A stretch of 38,251 bases of DNA from Pseudobdellovibrionaceae bacterium. Its GTDB lineage: Bacteria; Bdellovibrionota; Bdellovibrionia; Bdellovibrionales; Bdellovibrionaceae. The notes beneath the pieces were generated by a model that did no database searches, was not told the DNA's origin, and saw only the letters and a program-made list of their open reading frames with translations. This document shows positions 18,245 through 26,180 of the stretch, one piece after another (the stretch's first letter is position 1; every line of letters begins with the position of its first letter). The translations under genes were made by a program, and so were the position numbers. The stretch is from positions 1-38,251 of the forward strand of contig JBIKLL010000020.1 of NCBI GenBank assembly GCA_044359815.1, written 5' to 3'.

Positions 18245-19651
18245 CTATCCCATCCAAGTTGAATTGGCCTGGGCCTCCCATTTTGTTGTGATCTTTTTTA
18301 CATCCGTCCAAAAATCCAATGAATGAACTCCGGTGATATCCCCATGACCAAATTTTGATAAATTAATTCCACCAAATGAAAAGGGCTCTCTCGGAACTGG
18401 AACCCCAACGTTGATCCCGACCATCCCCACACGGGCTTGGCGAACGACCCGTTCAGCCAAAGATCCTGAGCTGGTAAAAACACTACAGGCATTTCCGTAA
18501 GGATTTGAATTTTCAATTTCAATGGCCTCGGTTAAATCTTTGCACCTGATGATGGACAATATGGGTCCAAATAATTCTGCAGTAGCGGCTTCAGATCCAG
18601 GTTTTACGTTATCCAAAACAGTGGGGCCCAACCAATTGCCACCATCCAGTCCTGTCGGTGGTTTAGCTTTGCGACCATCGAGCAATACTTTAACTCCTGA
18701 TTTTTCGGCACGATCAATTGCCTGGTGCAAAAATTCAACCTGAGATTTAGTAATAATAGCGCCCATGGTTTTACCCAACTCCAGACTGGCTGCGCGTTTA
18801 ATGATTTTATCAATGTGTTCTTGCACGTCACCCACTGCCAGCAAAACACTGGCAGCCATGCATCGTTGGCCTGCACATCCCGTAAATGAATCAGAAATCC
18901 CTGGCCCACTTAAATCCAAATGAGCATCTGGCAGCAGCACAATGTGGTTTTTAGCTCCGCCTAATGCCAGCACTCTTTTGCCAAGGGCAGTTCCTCTTTG
19001 ATAAACCAATTTTGCAATTTTGGATGAGCCCACAAAGCCAATGGCTTTCACCACCGGATGATCGATAATTGCATTCACTGTTTCTGATTCACCCTGAAGA
19101 ACTGTAAATACACCATCCGGGATTCCTGCTTCCTTCAATAGGGCTTCAATTTTCAAACTGGTCAGCGGAGTTTTTTCAGAAGGCTTCCAGACATAGGAAT
19201 TTCCTAAAACCAAAGCTATCGGTATGGTCCACATGGGAACCATGGCCGGAAAATTAAAAGGACTGATAAAGGCCACAACTCCTAAAGGCTCCCTGCGGTA
19301 TTCGCAAAAAACACCACGAGAAACTTCAAGCTTTCCGCCTAAATCCAAGTTTTGTATGGATAATGCGTACTCCAGGACCTCTATCCCCTTCAACAATCCC
19401 GCCTGAGCTTCTGAATAAACTTTACCGCATTCTGAAGCTTTCAGTTTTGTGATTTCATCCAAGTCTCGCAGCAATAAATTTCTGAATTGATATAAAACTT
19501 TGCTGCGCTCTTTAAGCGTTTGTTGGCCCCAGGCAATTTGCGCCTGTGAAGCCTTGACCAATGCCTGCTGGATTTGATCGGCACTGGGATATTGAATTTT
19601 TCCTATGACTTTTCCGGTATGCGGAGAAAAGACTTCTTTGATCTGAGTCAC
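18245..19651 (-). CDS. mmsA: CoA-acylating (methyl)malonate-semialdehyde dehydrogenase (MmsA/IolA family)
   Basis: PFNFPAMVPMW, KPSEKTP, FVGSS, GGAKNH, GCAGQRCMA (catalytic Cys), ELFGP and GMVGINVGVPVP; GTG start. Confidence 0.9.
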   Translation of the reverse strand: MTQIKEVFSPHTGKVIGKIQYPSADQIQQALVKASQAQIAWGQQTLKERSKVLYQFRNLLLRDLDEITKLKASECGKVYSEAQAGLLKGIEVLEYALSIQNLDLGGKLEVSRGVFCEYRREPLGVVAFISPFNFPAMVPMWTIPIALVLGNSYVWKPSEKTPLTSLKIEALLKEAGIPDGVFTVLQGESETVNAIIDHPVVKAIGFVGSSKIAKLVYQRGTALGKRVLALGGAKNHIVLLPDAHLDLSGPGISDSFTGCAGQRCMAASVLLAVGDVQEHIDKIIKRAASLELGKTMGAIITKSQVEFLHQAIDRAEKSGVKVLLDGRKAKPPTGLDGGNWLGPTVLDNVKPGSEAATAELFGPILSIIRCKDLTEAIEIENSNPYGNACSVFTSSGSLAERVVRQARVGMVGINVGVPVPREPFSFGGINLSKFGHGDITGVHSLDFWTDVKKITTKWEAQANSTWMG

Positions 19652-19653
19652 GA

Positions 19654-20049
19654 CTAAGACCTGTCCTTTCCCCCTTTGCCACCCTTACCACCTTTGCCGC
19701 CTTTACCTCGACCACCCTTGTGGTTTTTCTTGTCGGCTTGTTCAAATGTGGTTGCAGTGGTTTGCACAAACTCAGGTAAAAAATGAATGTTTTCTACCGT
19801 CACAGCTTTTGCTGGGGGAGCTTCGCCTTCATTCAACCCGATAACTAGAATTCGCTTTAACTGTGTGGCATTTTGTGCCGCCACATCTAAGGCTTTCATA
19901 AAATAATTAAGTTTTTCACCTTCGAATTTAAAATCAGTTCCGATGGCCGTTTGGATTTCCTCTGCGGATTTTCCTTCGGCTGCCAAAGCTTCTTTTGATT
20001 TAAGACCCTTTGATAAAGTAAAACTGGCAAATTCTGTAATGGACTTCAT
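19654..20049 (-). CDS. Hypothetical protein with basic Gly/Lys tail; first gene of the URC operon
   Basis: AGGGGG RBS; C-terminus KGGRGKGGKGGKGGKGGKDRS; stop 2 nt before the mmsA start. Confidence 0.8.
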   Translation of the reverse strand: MKSITEFASFTLSKGLKSKEALAAEGKSAEEIQTAIGTDFKFEGEKLNYFMKALDVAAQNATQLKRILVIGLNEGEAPPAKAVTVENIHFLPEFVQTTATTFEQADKKNHKGGRGKGGKGGKGGKGGKDRS

Positions 20050-20076
20050 TTTTCCCCCTGATGGTTTAAAGAGCCC

Positions 20077-20105
20077 ATCATCATCAAAATCACCAAATGG
20101 GTCAA
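20077..20105 (-). promoter_or_regulatory. Sigma70-type promoter of the URC operon
   Basis: TTGACC-N17-GATGAT, ending 27 nt upstream of ATG 20049. Confidence 0.55.
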
Positions 20106-20156
20106 TACCTGCGTTGCCTAAATTTAATTTTTAGCAGCGTATTGGTTCGAAGTTAT

Positions 20157-20988
20157 TTAGCTGGCTTTAGATTGCACAGCTGGCGAATCGGCAGGCGCAA
20201 AGCTTTGACTCGAAGCTCTAGCAAAGGCTTGTTGGTATTTCGAAGGCAACATCCCTTGAACAAAAGACCCTTCTAAAACACCAGGAAACAACTCTTCATA
20301 GGACTTAACTTTTTCCAGCGAAACCCTTCTAAATACAGAACTTCTGCTGACCATATGGGCATTATCAAACCCACAGGCGCCTAATAATTCTGCAAAGGCG
20401 TGGACTGTTTGCTTGTGAAAACTTGCGACCCTGTGCTTTTTATCCGTCGGATCAAGCCCCACCATCAATTGGGCATCACTGGTAGCCACACCCGTCGGGC
20501 AGTGATTGGTGTTGCATTTTCTGGCCTGGATACACACTGGCCGAATAAGGTTTTTTGCAATCAGGCCCACCGATTTTGACTCTTAATGATTCAGGATTCA
20601 CATGTTTCGGTGATAATGAATGCCCAATTCATTCGTAGCCTTCGGCATAGACATTCTTTTGAGTTCCAAATGGCAATGTATCGATTTGTTTTTTGGCTCG
20701 TTGATACACGACTGATCTGAGCTCTCGCGAAATGGGTGTGCCATTAACGTCGTCTTCAACAAAATATTGCTGGATTTCGGGACGCACACCTTCAAAGGCA
20801 TAGCGAACCATTCCTAGGATTGGAAAGTTTCGCAGTATGGCTCGCTTTTTTTAAAAAGCATTGTGCATTCCCACCAGCACAATGGGGCCTGTCAAAATGA
20901 AGGCAAATAAAGTATTTGGATAAAAAAATCCAAGCACCGCCTGAAAACTGATCACTACAAATGAAATTTTAAAAAATAAGCTTCTCAA
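20157..20988 (-). pseudogene. FMN-binding glutamate synthase family (YerD-like) pseudogene
   Basis: One frame from TTG 20988 reads ...MHNAF*KKRAILRNFPILG...RPEIQQYF...YQRAK...PFGT...EGYE*IGHS...IGGPDCKKPYSAS, with stops at 20851-3 and 20629-31. At ~20535 it jumps in another frame to CIQARKCNTNHCPTGVAT; the central FMN barrel is missing. Confidence 0.92.
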
Positions 20989-21271
20989 AGTTTTTGGTCC
21001 TCGAGAATTCTTTTCGGTAATTTGTGGTGGAATCCTTAGCTGGACTTTGTGCTGAGCCAGACAGAATCCGTTTAACACAATTCTCAGACAGGACTGATCA
21101 AGAAATTTGTCAGCTAAATGTGCAAAGCTCAGATTTTTTTGAGTCAGTGGGTCATAGGCAGAATTTCTGCATCTGATCAGCTTTACTTATTTGTGTCGGT
21201 GATTCTTTCACCCTTTTGGATTTGTTTTTGCCCTTTGGAGCCAAGTTTGATTAATGAATCTCACACACAAA

Positions 21272-21295
21272 AATAATTATAAAAATATAATTATT
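21272..21295. repeat. AT-only perfect 10-bp inverted repeat; possible operator
   Basis: AATAATTATA-AAAA-TATAATTATT in the divergent intergenic region. Confidence 0.45.
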
Positions 21296-21372
21296 AAGAT
21301 TGAAAATATCTGCAGAGATCTAAGGTCGATAAAATGTCGACAGTGTTTGTCGATTTGAACAAAGGGGAATTT

Positions 21373-22011
21373 ATGAATTTAATTAAGTCAGCATTAATGA
21401 CTTTTTCAGTTTGTTTTGCACTGAATGGCTATGCCCAGATAGTGTATTTACCTCCAGCGGGTCATGTTTCCGGAGTGATCGTACAGGCTGTCGTAAAATA
21501 CCGCATGGTATTTACAAATTTTGACTTAAAAACTTCAACCGGAACTTTAACTAAAGCTGAACAACTGACCCTAGGCGCACCCAAAGCTTATATTTTAAAT
21601 GTCGGTCCTGGACTGTACACAACGAAACCTTCAGAGGACGATCGCGACCAGCAGACATATGTATTGTTTGGAGCTAAAACCTTAAGTCCTAAAAAAGAAT
21701 TTCTGACTTTAAACAAAGAACAACTGCTGAGTCAGGCACTAGAACTTAACAAAGAATTTCAAGATCGTTTTTTTGAAGTGGCTCTATTAAACCAGACTGA
21801 GTTTTCTAAAAATCTGTCTCTTGAAGCCCTGGCAACCATCAGACATCTGCCGATTGTAAAAGCCGAATCAATGGCTTGCACCCCAATTTCTGACCGCGCC
21901 GAATGCGAAGTGATTTTTAGATTTAGCGATGTGATCGAAATTTTGGATCCCATCAAAAAAACCTATCCCACAATCTTGCTTCAGAAACAGCAAAACGCCG
22001 AGCAGACCTAG
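21373..22011 (+). CDS. Secreted hypothetical protein
   Basis: AGGGG RBS before ATG 21373; signal peptide ending NGYA; one Cys pair near the C-terminus. Confidence 0.75.
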   Translation: MNLIKSALMTFSVCFALNGYAQIVYLPPAGHVSGVIVQAVVKYRMVFTNFDLKTSTGTLTKAEQLTLGAPKAYILNVGPGLYTTKPSEDDRDQQTYVLFGAKTLSPKKEFLTLNKEQLLSQALELNKEFQDRFFEVALLNQTEFSKNLSLEALATIRHLPIVKAESMACTPISDRAECEVIFRFSDVIEILDPIKKTYPTILLQKQQNAEQT

Positions 22012-22031
22012 GCATAGCAGAAGCTGACTTT

Positions 22032-23084
22032 TTATTTTCCTTCAAGGAGGGCTTTAAGTCTTTTGTCGCGGCCACATCCGTTGCGGTAGTATTTGTATCT
22101 GATGGGATTTTTTGAATGGTAGTCTTGATGGTATTCTTCGGCAGTATAAAACTCAGCCGTTGGCAATACGCTGACAGAAAACGTTCCCTTAGCTTTGAAT
22201 TTTGCCAAGGCCCGCTCCTTTGCCTGATTAAATATTTTTACATCATCTGCAGCTTCAATAAAAACCGCAGCTGTGTAGTGCGTCCCTTTGTCACAAAACT
22301 GCCCAGCGCCATCAAAAGGATCCACATTTAAAAAATAAACGTCAAAAATTTCTGAAAGCCCCACAATCTTTGGATCGTAAGTCACTTGAACAACCTCTCG
22401 GTGCCCCGTATTGCCAGCAGAAACTTCCTCATACGTTGGATTTTTTTTAACCCCACCAGCATATCCAGACACCACATCAATAACGCCTTTTAGTTTCTCA
22501 AAAGGGGGCTCCATACACCAAAAACACCCACCCGCTAATATAATGGATTTATTTTTTGAGGTCTCGGTAAAAAGCTTTTCGAATTCTTCATAACCCGCGG
22601 CTTTTAAATCTTTCTTGGCAATAAACTTCATCGAGGCTGAATTCATACAGTACCGCAACCCTGTTGGTTTAGGTCCATCATCAAACACATGGCCCAAATG
22701 CGAATCAGCAACCTTGGATCTGATCTCTGTGCGAACGCTAAAAAATTTTCTGTCTTTTTTCTCAACCAAGATCACACCCTCAATCGGTCGGGTAAAGCTG
22801 GGCCAACCAGTGCCTGAATCATATTTATCCTTTGAACTGAACAGTGGCTCGCCACTGACGATATCAACGTAAATGCCTTCTTCGTGATTATTCCAGTACT
22901 CATTTTTAAACGGAGGTTCAGTGCCTTCGTTCTGAGTCACCTCATACTGCATTGTCGACAGTTGTTTTTTTAGCTCTTCTTTACTGGGGATAGTTTTTGC
23001 TTTCCAAGCCATGGCCAGTTCTCCTGAAATCATTATTGTGAAAATTAAAGTGAAAGATAAAAACAAAAATCCAATAGCTTTCAT
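22032..23084 (-). CDS. msrAB: Exported methionine sulfoxide reductase MsrB-MsrA fusion
   Basis: MsrB motifs [20 protein letters not shown] and RYCMNS, followed by MsrA motifs AGGCFWC, GHREVV and AEEYHQDY. N-terminal hydrophobic signal; start 23084 or 23093. Confidence 0.95.
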   Translation of the reverse strand: MKAIGFLFLSFTLIFTIMISGELAMAWKAKTIPSKEELKKQLSTMQYEVTQNEGTEPPFKNEYWNNHEEGIYVDIVSGEPLFSSKDKYDSGTGWPSFTRPIEGVILVEKKDRKFFSVRTEIRSKVADSHLGHVFDDGPKPTGLRYCMNSASMKFIAKKDLKAAGYEEFEKLFTETSKNKSIILAGGCFWCMEPPFEKLKGVIDVVSGYAGGVKKNPTYEEVSAGNTGHREVVQVTYDPKIVGLSEIFDVYFLNVDPFDGAGQFCDKGTHYTAAVFIEAADDVKIFNQAKERALAKFKAKGTFSVSVLPTAEFYTAEEYHQDYHSKNPIRYKYYRNGCGRDKRLKALLEGK

Positions 23085-23123
23085 GATAAGCACCTTTGGT
23101 TTGAGTTACCTATTTGAATTGGT

Positions 23124-24311
23124 TTATTTTAAAAGATCAAGATATGTTTCAAAAATGTTTTTTCGTATTATAGTCTCAAACTGAGCAGCATCCTGCGGAT
23201 TGGATGCACGGGCCTTCAGCTGATCTTCACACCTGATCCCACACAGAAAAATATTGTTTTCAATAGATTTTGTAGTGTTCCATCTGTGAAATTCATCTTT
23301 CTTGATTACATAATTGTAAACAGCTCCATACCCAGATAGCTCGTGCATAAAATGAAACATACGCTCTTTAATCAGCTCGATATGTTCTGGATGCAATTGC
23401 GCCATTTTGGCGAACAGAATTTCTTGAGCTTCTGTAATTTTTAATATCACCCCTGGATCCAGCTTTTGTGTCAACGCGTAATGATCAATAATATCATGGG
23501 CGGAAAACCTTATCGGCAGTTGACGAAACTCTTCATCAAAACCAATCCTGTCGGTGGGACTTAAACCAATGGGTCGTAATAGTGGCCAGGTCCCAGTGAA
23601 ATAGCCTTTACTTAACAGAGCAAATGTCGGTAAAAAAATATGCCCGTCCTGCAGTTGTCGTTTAAAGCCATCTTTGGCCAAAGCATAGTTCGTAAATGCC
23701 TGACTGACTTCGAAACTCGCTTGGTCCTCAGCAACCATATCATTTTTTAATTTTAAATCATCCAAAGACGTTCTGAGTGATCTTACCAAATCAACAGTTA
23801 ATAAAAAATCCACGACTTCTGCTATGTCGATAGAGTTTTCAATAATTTTCTCAGCTCTTTGGACTGCTGTATCACCAAAGCCAGGTAATGATTCCAACGT
23901 ACTTAAATGTTTTTCTAGATGAATTTCGTATTTTAATTGATGACCAAATGATTTTGTCAGAAAACTTTTTAGTATCTGCATATCCAAATCGAATTCAATT
24001 GTAGGAATCAATTTTTGCAATGCGAACTTTACTTGGGATTTGATATAGGGACTGTCTCCGTAGATACTCAGATGCGCATTGGGATCATTGGTGCGGCTTT
24101 TGTATTTTGCAATCAACAATTTTGATTCAGCCATTGCCGCTGATTCTTGGCGAATCATCAAAATGTCAACGGGATTCAATCTGAGGGACGCAGGCACAAT
24201 GACCTTTACCCGAAATGCACTTTCACAAGAATTCGCATTGGGCAGAATAATATTTTCTGCCGATGCGACTGATGCAAAAACTAAAAAAAGACTAATTAAA
24301 TACGGCTTCAC
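23124..24311 (-). CDS. Secreted hypothetical protein, possibly His/Asp metal-binding
   Basis: GTG 24311 gives a signal peptide ending ASA, then ...NSCESAF; AHDIIDH and FMHEL motifs. Start overlaps the end of the upstream C26 gene. Confidence 0.7.
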   Translation of the reverse strand: MKPYLISLFLVFASVASAENIILPNANSCESAFRVKVIVPASLRLNPVDILMIRQESAAMAESKLLIAKYKSRTNDPNAHLSIYGDSPYIKSQVKFALQKLIPTIEFDLDMQILKSFLTKSFGHQLKYEIHLEKHLSTLESLPGFGDTAVQRAEKIIENSIDIAEVVDFLLTVDLVRSLRTSLDDLKLKNDMVAEDQASFEVSQAFTNYALAKDGFKRQLQDGHIFLPTFALLSKGYFTGTWPLLRPIGLSPTDRIGFDEEFRQLPIRFSAHDIIDHYALTQKLDPGVILKITEAQEILFAKMAQLHPEHIELIKERMFHFMHELSGYGAVYNYVIKKDEFHRWNTTKSIENNIFLCGIRCEDQLKARASNPQDAAQFETIIRKNIFETYLDLLK

Positions 24312-25338
24312 AACTAAAAACTCGCCTGTTGGTTTTAGCCTTGGTGGCCAGTAAATTAAACATCTGAGTGGTTTCAATTGATGGTCTTAATTCTGGATGA
24401 AACTGCACCAACAACCCTCTGCCGTTTTTCATCTCCAGGGCTTCAACAACGCCATCGCTGCTGACGGCAGCGACTTCCAAAGGACCACCTGGTACAAACC
24501 TCACCGCCTGATGGTGATAACTGAAAACATCAAAAGGCAATTCAGAACCTAAAGCTCTGGCTAGTAGTTTATTTGTTGTTTGCATTTGATCGACAGAATG
24601 AACAGCAGTGCCGTGCTCCATTTTTGTACCTAGATCCAAAGTCACGTCTTGGTAGAGCTTATATCCCAAGGCCACAGAGGTGATTTGCAACCCCCTGCAC
24701 ACACCAAAAATAAAACCCTTTGATTTTTCATAGTAGTGTTTGATTAATTCGATTTCGTTCATGTCTCTGATTTTTATAAAATTTCTGGCATGAGTCTTTT
24801 GTTCGCGATAAAGCTCTGGGGCCACATCATCGCCACCCATAACCACAAGGGATGAAAACGTTTTGTTGATCTGTTGATAAAACTGCGTCCTGTATTTAAG
24901 CCCCAGTCTTTCAGCCGCAGCAATCGCAAGCAGATATTTGCTTTCAAAGGGAATTTGATTCATAAAATTTTGCACGCGATATGCTTTTTCTGTCTGGTCT
25001 TCGACCTTATTGGCAACAAACAACATGGCGGACTCTGTCGGGGCAGATTTCCAAATAACTCTGTCAATTTGCGAAAGCTCAGACACATGCATGGACAAAT
25101 CACCCTGTTGTCGCAAAGTCTCTACATAGGATCTTAGCGCTTGCTCTTTGGTTTCTGTGACCGTTTTGGGCAAAACCATCGTGGGGCCATCCGCGCTCAG
25201 TGAAAAGTAAATCAACTCAATGCCATTTTGGCTTTGATAGGCACCAGTGCCACTTTGCGCATTAACAGCGTCCACAGCTTTGACAGAAAAACTGGCTGAA
25301 ATCGCAATAAATAGCGAAAATAAAGAATGAGATATCAT
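24292..25338 (-). CDS. Peptidase C26 / gamma-glutamyl-gamma-aminobutyrate hydrolase-like (class I glutamine amidotransferase fold) with signal peptide
   Basis: MGGDDV, RD-x-x-E, GVCRGLQ nucleophile, SYHHQAV and VQFHPE triad. Signal peptide ending VKA; C-terminus SCEAVFN. Confidence 0.88.
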   Translation of the reverse strand: MISHSLFSLFIAISASFSVKAVDAVNAQSGTGAYQSQNGIELIYFSLSADGPTMVLPKTVTETKEQALRSYVETLRQQGDLSMHVSELSQIDRVIWKSAPTESAMLFVANKVEDQTEKAYRVQNFMNQIPFESKYLLAIAAAERLGLKYRTQFYQQINKTFSSLVVMGGDDVAPELYREQKTHARNFIKIRDMNEIELIKHYYEKSKGFIFGVCRGLQITSVALGYKLYQDVTLDLGTKMEHGTAVHSVDQMQTTNKLLARALGSELPFDVFSYHHQAVRFVPGGPLEVAAVSSDGVVEALEMKNGRGLLVQFHPELRPSIETTQMFNLLATKAKTNRRVFSCEAVFN

Positions 25339-25430
25339 GACTACTTACCTATTCACGAACGATGCCAATTCAGGCTTGATTCGCAATCAATCAAAAGCTA
25401 CCGTTTTTATATGGAAGACGGGAAAAACAG

Positions 25431-26180
25431 ATGACTGCAATATTATTAACTATTTTTTTTCAAACTCAACACCTCAGCGCAGCTGCTGGGTTGGATTGCC
25501 AAAACTCAAATGGAAATGGGAATATTTGCTTTTCTTTGCAAGTACCAAAATCATCACAGGACCGAAAATCACTCAAAGAAGACATTGGGGCTCAGGCAGA
25601 CGATGAATCTGTTTTTGCCTTTCGTTCAGTTCACAAAAGGTATTACAACAACCTAGGTGTCTTTAATTGCAATTCTCGAAGCCTTCAATATTCGGGATAT
25701 TTTGGAATTGACCGCGACTTTATGAATGAATCTAGGACGAAACCCAAGATTCCAGAGGGCCTAGGCGTGCCGGTTGGCTTCGGTCCCTATGTTCTGATTT
25801 TCGAAGGCGGAAACGGAGCCTGCGATTATATCGAATCTATTTTTAAAGGAAAATTAAGCCCGCAGTTTGACGATGGAGTGTTTTGGGAAAGTATGGATTT
25901 TCAAAAGAAATCAAAAGATTTTAAAGAAATTATGAAAGACTGCAACGACATCAGGATTCAAGCAAAAATTGTAAATGGGTACCCCAGTAAAATTGAAAAG
26001 CTGCAATGCTTTAAATCAATTGATGTGACTGAAAAAACCAAAAATGGTCGCATAGTCCAAGAAACAATTTATCAAGAACCAGGGTGGATTTTAGACTTAA
26101 ATACTTTAAAAAACTGGCGACAAGGTCCCGGAAACTCATCAAAACAAAACAAACCCACGCCGGGATTGAAAGATCAGTGA
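25431..26180 (+). CDS. Secreted Cys-containing hypothetical protein
   Basis: 249-aa ORF with a weak signal peptide and 6 Cys; overlaps the convergent gene by 7 nt. Confidence 0.65.
   Translation: MTAILLTIFFQTQHLSAAAGLDCQNSNGNGNICFSLQVPKSSQDRKSLKEDIGAQADDESVFAFRSVHKRYYNNLGVFNCNSRSLQYSGYFGIDRDFMNESRTKPKIPEGLGVPVGFGPYVLIFEGGNGACDYIESIFKGKLSPQFDDGVFWESMDFQKKSKDFKEIMKDCNDIRIQAKIVNGYPSKIEKLQCFKSIDVTEKTKNGRIVQETIYQEPGWILDLNTLKNWRQGPGNSSKQNKPTPGLKDQ

Noticed and set aside
20629..20853. Stop-codon recoding (TGA=Trp or selenocysteine) in the glutamate-synthase-like gene
   Set aside because: A TAA stop and a large frameshifting deletion occur in the same gene, and TGA ends intact genes elsewhere in the window.
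21080..21240. Structured ncRNA or riboswitch in the intergenic region
   Set aside because: Only short palindromes (GCAGAATTTCTGC, CTGATCAG); no recognisable riboswitch consensus. An Infernal/Rfam scan would be needed.
21898..21918. ECEVIF as a fifth C-x-x-x-F tag
   Set aside because: It is internal (~30 aa from the C-terminus), and its Cys probably pairs with the Cys 9 residues upstream.
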